Below, piece after piece: positions 8,928 to 15,165 of a DNA stretch of 64,000 bases (the first letter of the stretch is position 1; every line of letters starts with the position of its first letter). The position numbers and the translations under genes were made by a program. The notes under the pieces are model-generated. The model did not search any database. It worked only from the letters and a program-made list of their open reading frames with translations, and was not told the DNA's origin. Source of the DNA: Bacteroidia bacterium (GTDB lineage Bacteria; Bacteroidota; Bacteroidia; NS11-12g; UBA9320); contig CBDCFW010000006.1 of NCBI GenBank assembly GCA_965216465.1, positions 960,001 to 1,024,000 on the forward strand, given 5' to 3'.

Positions 8928-10633
8928 TCAACAATCTGATTTAACAGGTTTTGAGATTCTTCTTCTAACTTCAACAAGTCATTGGTGATTTCCTGTGAAG
9001 AACGAAGTGGTTTGTACTTGTAGAAATATTTGGTGAAATTGATCTCGTACCCCACTTTACTCTTGTCAAAATCAATCCAAGATTCAGGTAAATGTGGTTC
9101 AACCTCTCTACTGAAATACTCTTCGATATCTTGATCCAATGGAACCCTTTCGTAATCTCTGAGTTTAGAATCAGGTTTAGGTGATCCATCTTTTTTACAT
9201 TCAATTTTCCCATTCTCTTTGAGAGGTTGTTCTATGGTAATCTTAGTATATCCAAAGAACTCATTGGGGTAAATCTTAGAGATTTTAGATTCTTCAAACC
9301 CATTGTATGTGTTTAAGATCTGTTGAGTTTGTTCTTCATCAATGTACTTACGTTTACTACCTAAACTCTTCTTCATTATTTTATGAAGAGAAGATCCATC
9401 AATCAGTTGAACCTTACCATTTCGATTGGTTTTCTTCTTATTGGTTACTATCCAGATATATGTAGAAATACCCGTATTAAAGAATAATGAATCGGGTAGA
9501 GATACAATACACTCTAACCAATCATTCTCAATGATCCATTTTCGGATTTCTGATTCACCACTTCCAGCATCTCCAGTAAAGAGGGGAGAACTGTTGAACA
9601 CTATTCCAATACGAGAACCTTCAGGTTTCATTTTAGAAATTAGGTGTTGAAGAAACAACAAGGATCCGTCAGATGTACGCGGAGTACCCACCGAAAATCT
9701 CCCCATTGAGTTTTTAGATTCTTCTTCAACATAACTCTTCTCTGATTTCCAACTGACTCCAAAGGGTGGATTGGTAATCATATAATCAAACTTTCTTCCC
9801 TCGTGTTGATCGTTTGATAGAGATGAACCCAATTTGATACGTTCAGGGTCTTCCCCTGTAATCAAGAAATCAGATTTACAAATAGAGAAGGTCTGTGGGT
9901 TTAGTTCTTGACCGTAGAGTTGGAACATTACATCAGATGAGATATTATCATTAACCCAATCCTTACCAATGGTTAACATTCCTCCTGTACCACAACAAGG
10001 GTCGTAAATTGAACGAATGATACCTTCACCCTTCAGGTTTTCATCATCACCACTAAACACCATTGAAACGAGAAGATTCACCACATCTCTTGGAGTGTAG
10101 TGTTCTCCACTTGTTTCGTTACTCATCTCGGAGAACTTACGAAGAAGTTCCTCAAAGATGGACCCCATTGTATGGTTATCTACTTTGTTGGGGTGTAAAT
10201 CAACCTCAGTAAACTTATCTATGAGGGAGTAGAGTTTCTTATTTTTAATGAGTTTCTCAACGGGTTTATCCAATTGGAAATTTTCCAATATCTGATGAAC
10301 GTTATCAGAATACCCATTCAGGTAGTTCGGGAAATTGATCCTCAATCCATTCGGGTCAGATTTCAAACGAGTTAAATCGTAGGGAGAATAGTTGAAGAAG
10401 TTTAATCCTGTTTTCTTTTTGATGATTGGAGTTGGGTCGTCAATACCACTTTGAAGAAGTTCATTGTATTGTTTTACCACTTCATCTTTATGAGGTTCAA
10501 TCAAACAATCCAGTCGTCGAAGTACAACGAATGGAAGGATCACATCTCCGTATTCGTGAGGTTTAAATAATCCTCTTAACTCATCGTCACAAACCCTCCA
10601 TATGAAGGATGATATTTCTTGGTAATTACTCAT
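8924..10633 (-). CDS. hsdM: Type I R-M N6-adenine methyltransferase subunit
   Basis: GEHYTPR, YDPCCGTGGM (motif I), GQELN, NPPF (motif IV), LFFNTGI. Confidence 0.95.
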   Translation of the reverse strand: MSNYQEISSFIWRVCDDELRGLFKPHEYGDVILPFVVLRRLDCLIEPHKDEVVKQYNELLQSGIDDPTPIIKKKTGLNFFNYSPYDLTRLKSDPNGLRINFPNYLNGYSDNVHQILENFQLDKPVEKLIKNKKLYSLIDKFTEVDLHPNKVDNHTMGSIFEELLRKFSEMSNETSGEHYTPRDVVNLLVSMVFSGDDENLKGEGIIRSIYDPCCGTGGMLTIGKDWVNDNISSDVMFQLYGQELNPQTFSICKSDFLITGEDPERIKLGSSLSNDQHEGRKFDYMITNPPFGVSWKSEKSYVEEESKNSMGRFSVGTPRTSDGSLLFLQHLISKMKPEGSRIGIVFNSSPLFTGDAGSGESEIRKWIIENDWLECIVSLPDSLFFNTGISTYIWIVTNKKKTNRNGKVQLIDGSSLHKIMKKSLGSKRKYIDEEQTQQILNTYNGFEESKISKIYPNEFFGYTKITIEQPLKENGKIECKKDGSPKPDSKLRDYERVPLDQDIEEYFSREVEPHLPESWIDFDKSKVGYEINFTKYFYKYKPLRSSQEITNDLLKLEEESQNLLNQIVE

Positions 10634-10639
10634 TTCAGG

Positions 10640-10849
10640 TCAATTTTCTTTCGGGTCGTCATAAATCAATTCCGAGGGTTTAACCCCTAGTATTTGAGAA
10701 ATACGATTTAATGTTTCAAGTGAAGGTTGTGATTTATTATTACACCACAGGTTTACACTTACTGGTGAAACACCTATTTTTATGGATAACCATTTCTGAC
10801 TTCGGTTTTGATTTTTCAAAACTTCTCTCAGATTATTAAGTTTTCTCAT
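10640..10849 (-). CDS. XRE-family HTH regulator, 69 aa, first gene of the hsdMSR operon
   Basis: ATG at 10849; LREVL...SQKWLS..IGVS..SVN.W.NNKSQPSLETL..IS..LGV...ELI. Confidence 0.85.
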   Translation of the reverse strand: MRKLNNLREVLKNQNRSQKWLSIKIGVSPVSVNLWCNNKSQPSLETLNRISQILGVKPSELIYDDPKEN

Positions 10850-10906
10850 TACGCCCAGAATCTTGGTCAAACTTAAACTAATTCTTAAAGATTTGGTAAT
10901 AAATCC

Positions 10907-10947
10907 TATTTTTGATTGAGAGAATTGGGACATTATTTGACCCAATT
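10907..10947 (+). promoter_or_regulatory. Putative -7 promoter element and operator upstream of the ART-like gene
   Basis: TATTTTTG (TAnnTTTG) at 10907-10914 followed by IR aattggg-N11-cccaatt at 10923-10947; no well spaced -33 element seen. Confidence 0.4.
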
Positions 10948-10963
10948 TCAAAGGGTATACATA

Positions 10964-11722
10964 ATGGAAGACGAGTTCTTACTTGATGAACTTAAAAACT
11001 ACATCGACTATTTCGAGGGGAGACCTTATGTCCATCATTTTCTTGTAGGGAATTCTTACGAAGTCAACATCAATGGTAAGAGTGTAAACAATTGTTTGAC
11101 AAACAATCAATATCTAGGGAAGAAAGAACTTTATGAGGAGTATTACTTGAATAGAGAATACGAAGAAGTTCTTTCGATGTTGGACAAACATAAGAGGATG
11201 GATTGGTTCATCCAACATCACGAAGAGATCTATGAAAAATCAAATAATGAAGACCAATATTATCAACTCCTAAGAGAGAATCTGGTTTACGTGGACAACC
11301 ATGAACCATACAGAAAGGAATACCCAAATTTGATCCATATAGGAAGTAATCCCCAATTGATGATGTTAGAGGATGAACGACTAAAATTGGATAAACTCCC
11401 TAATGAATTTGTTGTTTACAGAGGTGTTTCCTCAAACGAAAAAATAACGAAGAGAAACGTTCAAGGTTTACTCGGGAATTCATGGAGTCTCGACAGGGAG
11501 ATATCAATTTGGTTCTCCAAAAACCATTCGTCAAGACATCTAAATTCAAAGTATTTGGTTCTACTGACCTACCAAGTTTCAAAAACTGAGGTACTCGGGT
11601 ATTTTACGGACAGGAATGAAGAAGAAATGTTTTTAGACTACACTAGGATTGATATTGACAAAGTATCATTTGAAGAAATCCCGGAGAATTACCAGTTGAA
11701 AGTTTCCTTTGATAAAGGTTAA
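10964..11722 (+). CDS. Putative R-S-E clade ADP-ribosyltransferase, 252 aa
   Basis: VVYRG (Y-R-G 11417-11425), GNSWSLD (S-W-S 11480-11488), RNEEEMFL (11618-11626) in canonical ART order and spacing; no signal peptide. Confidence 0.7.
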   Translation: MEDEFLLDELKNYIDYFEGRPYVHHFLVGNSYEVNINGKSVNNCLTNNQYLGKKELYEEYYLNREYEEVLSMLDKHKRMDWFIQHHEEIYEKSNNEDQYYQLLRENLVYVDNHEPYRKEYPNLIHIGSNPQLMMLEDERLKLDKLPNEFVVYRGVSSNEKITKRNVQGLLGNSWSLDREISIWFSKNHSSRHLNSKYLVLLTYQVSKTEVLGYFTDRNEEEMFLDYTRIDIDKVSFEEIPENYQLKVSFDKG

Positions 11723-12102
11723 ATCTAATAGGTCTCCTACACACATACAATCAGTTTTATCTTGACAACCGACCCTAATTTCCAGAAAAAATTGGGAAAT
11801 ATTTTTTTCAAGGTAGGGTCTACTCTCTAATATCCTACTTTCCCACCTATATAATAGGGGATACACCTCCCACCCCTCCCGGGACGAGATCCCTGGGGGA
11901 CAATTTGGTTGGCGGAACATAACCACCCAGTAAAATCACGGATTCTGGAGTCTCTAGTCCAGGATCATCCGGTCAATATTTGGTTGGCGTAACCCATTCG
12001 ACTCCAAGTTTACGGTGTACCCGTACGAGTACTAAAAACACCCCCAATACTAGTGCGTATACCCCATTAATAGGGTACATTAGCGTTACCCCATAAAATG
12101 AA

Positions 12103-12738
12103 GTGAATATGAAGGTGTTTTATTCCCGTATCAGTACCGATGAAGGTCAGACCCACAAAAGACAGTTACAGAACCTTAAAGGGTTCGATTACGTGTTCTG
12201 TGATGTAATATCTGGTTCCGTTCCACTCTTTGAAAGAGGGAAAGGGAAGGAGATAAAGAAACTCATGGATGAGGGTAAACTAACCCACCTTGAGGTTCAC
12301 TCAATTGATCGTCTTGGGAGGAATACCATCGATGTACTATCAAACTGGAAACTGTTCACTGAAAACAACGTGACGGTGGTCTGTCGTAATCCCAACATCA
12401 GGAACTTTGATAGTGAAGGAAATCCAGACAAGTTCAGTGAACTATTATTGTCCATCCTGTCGGTGATGTACAGTTTTGAAAGGGAGTCCATACGTCAAAG
12501 ACAATTGGAGGGGATCAGATTAAAAAAAATGACCAATCCGGAGGTATACATAGGACGAAGGGTTGGAACATCATATACTCCAGAACAATACTTAGAACGT
12601 AAGAAGTCAAAGGATATCCTTAAATACCTAGATAAGAGGTATAGTTACAAAGATATCAGTAGGATACTAGGAGTATCTCAAACTACTATAAGTAAGGTAA
12701 AGAAGACATATAAATCCTTACATAAAGAACTAATATAG
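12103..12738 (+). CDS. Serine resolvase/invertase with C-terminal HTH (intact copy)
   Basis: YSRIST catalytic motif, SIDRLGRN, ERESIRQRQLEGI, C-terminal HTH YSYKDISRILGVSQTTI. Confidence 0.92.
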   Translation: MNMKVFYSRISTDEGQTHKRQLQNLKGFDYVFCDVISGSVPLFERGKGKEIKKLMDEGKLTHLEVHSIDRLGRNTIDVLSNWKLFTENNVTVVCRNPNIRNFDSEGNPDKFSELLLSILSVMYSFERESIRQRQLEGIRLKKMTNPEVYIGRRVGTSYTPEQYLERKKSKDILKYLDKRYSYKDISRILGVSQTTISKVKKTYKSLHKELI

Positions 12739-12862
12739 AGGTACATATAACCATAGTTTACTCAATATATACCACTAATCACAACAGTAAAAGGAAACAC
12801 AAACCCCAACCCCCTATATATGTCGTCAGTTTTTTAAAACAGACTAAGACCTATCAGTTGGG

Positions 12863-13448
12863 TTAATCAGGAACGTAGTTGACTACATCAACACCAGTCG
12901 ATAGAACCTCCGTATTGTTCTCCCTTGAGAACCGTTGGATACTCCTCATCTTCTTGGTGTATATACTCCAGACATGGTTCTCTTTGAACACCTTACCCCG
13001 AGGAGTTTTATAGTGGTTCTCGTTCAACCAATCACTTATCTGAACGAAGTTCAATCCCTCGTCCTCATGTTTGGTCTTAATGATCTCAAACAACTTTGAC
13101 TGGTAGTCACTGTACGGTGAAGTCCAGAGGTTGGGAGAGGATACTTGTAATACCATCGTGAGGTAGTAACCCTTACCGTTCGATAGGTCTTCGGAGGTTG
13201 GTATCTTTGGAGAGTGATCCGTTACAGTGGAGTAGAGCGAACGGGTCTGAAGTTGGTCCCCCAGTGTTTTCAATGGTTTGAGGACTGTTGAGTCTGGTGC
13301 GGAATTTGAATCTCCCCAAGTGGTTTTCGTCAAAAGTGGGATTTTAAGGTTGATTTTGAGGGTGTGAAGAAGGGTTTGAGAGTCGTGGTATAGAATGACC
13401 TTATCAAGAATGGAATCTAATACTGACCTTTTAAATTCAGGTGTAAGA
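12863..13448 (-). pseudogene. 5'-truncated integrase 3' end reading through an intact attP
   Basis: Translates ...TKTTWGDSNSAP...RSLYSTVT-DHSPKIPT...VPD*, i.e. integrase C-terminus fused to the left-end ORF; lacks the catalytic domain. Confidence 0.75.
13211..13235 (-). other. Intact attP (excised-circle junction), inverted
   Basis: Minus strand reads ctactccact-GTAAC-ggatcactct = element right arm + core + element left arm. Confidence 0.9.
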
Positions 13449-13506
13449 TTTTTCCAAAACGGTTCCGATATACACAGAATAATCTCTACTTTTTGGGATC
13501 ATTCAA

Positions 13507-15165
13507 ATGGAAACGTTACATATATTAATTCGTGTAAGTACACAAAGTCAAGAAGAAGATGGAACCAGTCTTCGAACCCAAAAACAACTTGGAATCGACC
13601 TATCTCGTAGGTTGAAAATGAAGTATCAAGTTCATAATGAAGGGGGAACTTCCTCCAGTAAAGATACCCTCGATAACAGACCTGTGATGTTGAATCTTTT
13701 GAGATTAATGGATGAAGGGATAGTCAAACACCTATTCGTTTATAATACTGATAGACTCTCAAGGGGGTATACCTGGTATATTATACGGAAGAAAATGGTT
13801 GACAATAACGTGATACTCTATTGTTCTACAGGAAGGTTCAATACCAGTGGGTCGATGGAGACATTGATTTTGGGAATATTATCAGAAATTTCTCAATACG
13901 ATAACAAGGTCAGAACCGAAAGATCACGTCTTGGGAAGTTGGAGAAGGTTAAACTCAATTATTATAGAGGAGGACCCCCAACATTTGGATACAAAATACA
14001 GAAAGGACAAAGGGGTTCAACACTAGAAATTGATGAATTCGAAGGTCAGATCGTTAGATCAGTGTTTAAAATGTACCATAAGGGTCACTCCGTCAAGGAG
14101 ATTAAACAGGTACTTGAGAAGGACGGAGTACGTACCCGGAGGGGTAATAAACATTGGTCATTAGGGTCACTTCAATTGATGTTGAGGAACGATACTTACA
14201 TTGGAATAGAGGAGTACCATGACAAGAAAAGTGGTGTTACGATACGAAGTGAAGTCCCTCCAATCATTCCAGTTAGGTTGTTTGAAGAGGTACAACAACG
14301 AAGAGTCAGAATTCTTACCCGTAAAGGTCAATTCAATCGGACAACACATGAGTATCTGTTTAGAGATTTTATGTATTGTCAGTGTGGATCTCCCATTGGA
14401 GGACGAATTAAACCGTCGAAATCAATCAGACAATTTTTCTGTACCCTTTCTGAAAGGAAATTTAACAAGTCAAAACCTACTTCTAAAACCTGTGAGATGA
14501 AACGATGTGTGAACATCGACAAAACAGAAGAGTTACTTTGGGATACCATTTATTCTCAACTGATTAAAACATCCGAAATGAGATTGATACTGAAAAAGAC
14601 AATCAAGGAAAACCCATCATTCTCATCAAGGGTCAGAAAACAGAAAGGGAAAATAAAAGACGAACTCAACCAAAAGGAGAAAGAATTAAAAAAGATTAGT
14701 GATGGAATCATCGACATTGAAAGAAGGAGAATTCTGAATGAATTTCAATCTGAAGACCTGTATAAAGGAATCAAAAAAGAGTTGGATAAGGAATACCGAA
14801 ATTGTCACATTCAAATTGAAAACCTAAAAAACTCTCTAAGATATTATGGGGAACAAGAGAACTGGTTCAAAACATTAGAACACTTATCAACCACCCTGAA
14901 ATCTACATCAATTCTTACACCTGAATTTAAAAGGTCAGTATTAGATTCCATTCTTGATAAGGTCATTCTATACCACGACTCTCAAACCCTTCTTCACACC
15001 CTCAAAATCAACCTTAAAATCCCACTTTTGACGAAAACCACTTGGGGAGATTCAAATTCCGCACCAGACTCAACAGTCCTCAAACCATTGAAAACACTGG
15101 GGGACCAACTTCAGACCCGTTCGCTCTACTCCACTGTAACTGATTTTGCAAGATTTCTAGGTTGA
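13507..15165 (+). CDS. Large serine recombinase (integrase), integrated-state form with host-derived tail
   Basis: IRVST catalytic Ser, DRLSR, GGPPTFGY, recombinase domain, Zn ribbon (YCQCG...FC...C), coiled coil; last residues FARFLG come from antisense glmS. Confidence 0.93.
   Translation: METLHILIRVSTQSQEEDGTSLRTQKQLGIDLSRRLKMKYQVHNEGGTSSSKDTLDNRPVMLNLLRLMDEGIVKHLFVYNTDRLSRGYTWYIIRKKMVDNNVILYCSTGRFNTSGSMETLILGILSEISQYDNKVRTERSRLGKLEKVKLNYYRGGPPTFGYKIQKGQRGSTLEIDEFEGQIVRSVFKMYHKGHSVKEIKQVLEKDGVRTRRGNKHWSLGSLQLMLRNDTYIGIEEYHDKKSGVTIRSEVPPIIPVRLFEEVQQRRVRILTRKGQFNRTTHEYLFRDFMYCQCGSPIGGRIKPSKSIRQFFCTLSERKFNKSKPTSKTCEMKRCVNIDKTEELLWDTIYSQLIKTSEMRLILKKTIKENPSFSSRVRKQKGKIKDELNQKEKELKKISDGIIDIERRRILNEFQSEDLYKGIKKELDKEYRNCHIQIENLKNSLRYYGEQENWFKTLEHLSTTLKSTSILTPEFKRSVLDSILDKVILYHDSQTLLHTLKINLKIPLLTKTTWGDSNSAPDSTVLKPLKTLGDQLQTRSLYSTVTDFARFLG
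14913..15140. repeat. Inverted repeat B, right copy (pairs with 13221-13448), 228 bp
   Basis: Reverse-complement identity from tcttacac (14913) to gtaac (15140). Confidence 0.9.
15126..15150. other. Right attachment junction; element restores glmS 3' end
   Basis: Minus strand TCA GTT ACA GTG GAG TAG; bases beyond the core are element-derived (they match the internal attP). Confidence 0.9.

Larger units (their letters stand above)
11724..13448 (-). repeat. 1725 bp inverted copy of the circle junction (right end 14913-15140 + attP + left end 1068-2570)
   Basis: 11724-13225 is the reverse complement of 1068-2570; 13221-13448 is the reverse complement of 14913-15140; the two overlap at the GTTAC core. 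Confidence 0.93.
1068..15140. mobile_element. Integrative element inserted in the 3' end of glmS (serine integrase, resolvase, polymerase-like protein, type I R-M, ART-like protein); GpC-depleted
   Basis: Common core GTAAC at 1068-1072 and 15136-15140; displaced glmS end at 1058-1072; large serine recombinase adjacent to the right junction; sharp compositional boundary at both junctions. Confidence 0.93.

Noticed and set aside
4712-10633. Type I R-M system as the cause of GpC avoidance
   Set aside because: Type I enzymes recognise bipartite 6-8 bp sites and protect self DNA by methylation; this cannot select against every GC dinucleotide.
11724-13448. Composite transposon or IS pair explaining the inverted repeats
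   Set aside because: No transposase or target duplication; the repeat is the element's own ends joined at attP and truncates genes.
1068-15140. Alternative genetic code (Ala reassigned to another codon)
   Set aside because: Conserved Ala positions hold several different residues and codons, two GCN codons remain, and GC is also missing at other codon positions and in intergenic DNA.
1068-15140. Low G+C content as the explanation for missing Ala and GC
   Set aside because: G+C looks similar to the host by eye; Gly, Pro, Arg, CG, GG and CC are common.
1068-15140. Pure GpC-methylation/deamination mutational decay
   Set aside because: It predicts mainly Ala to Val/Thr, but Ser, Gly and Cys replacements are frequent, and no C5 methyltransferase is encoded here. 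Not excluded as a contributor.
13507-15140. Tn7-like transposon at glmS
   Set aside because: No tnsABCD/tniQ genes or Tn7 ends; insertion is within the coding end and a serine recombinase abuts the junction.
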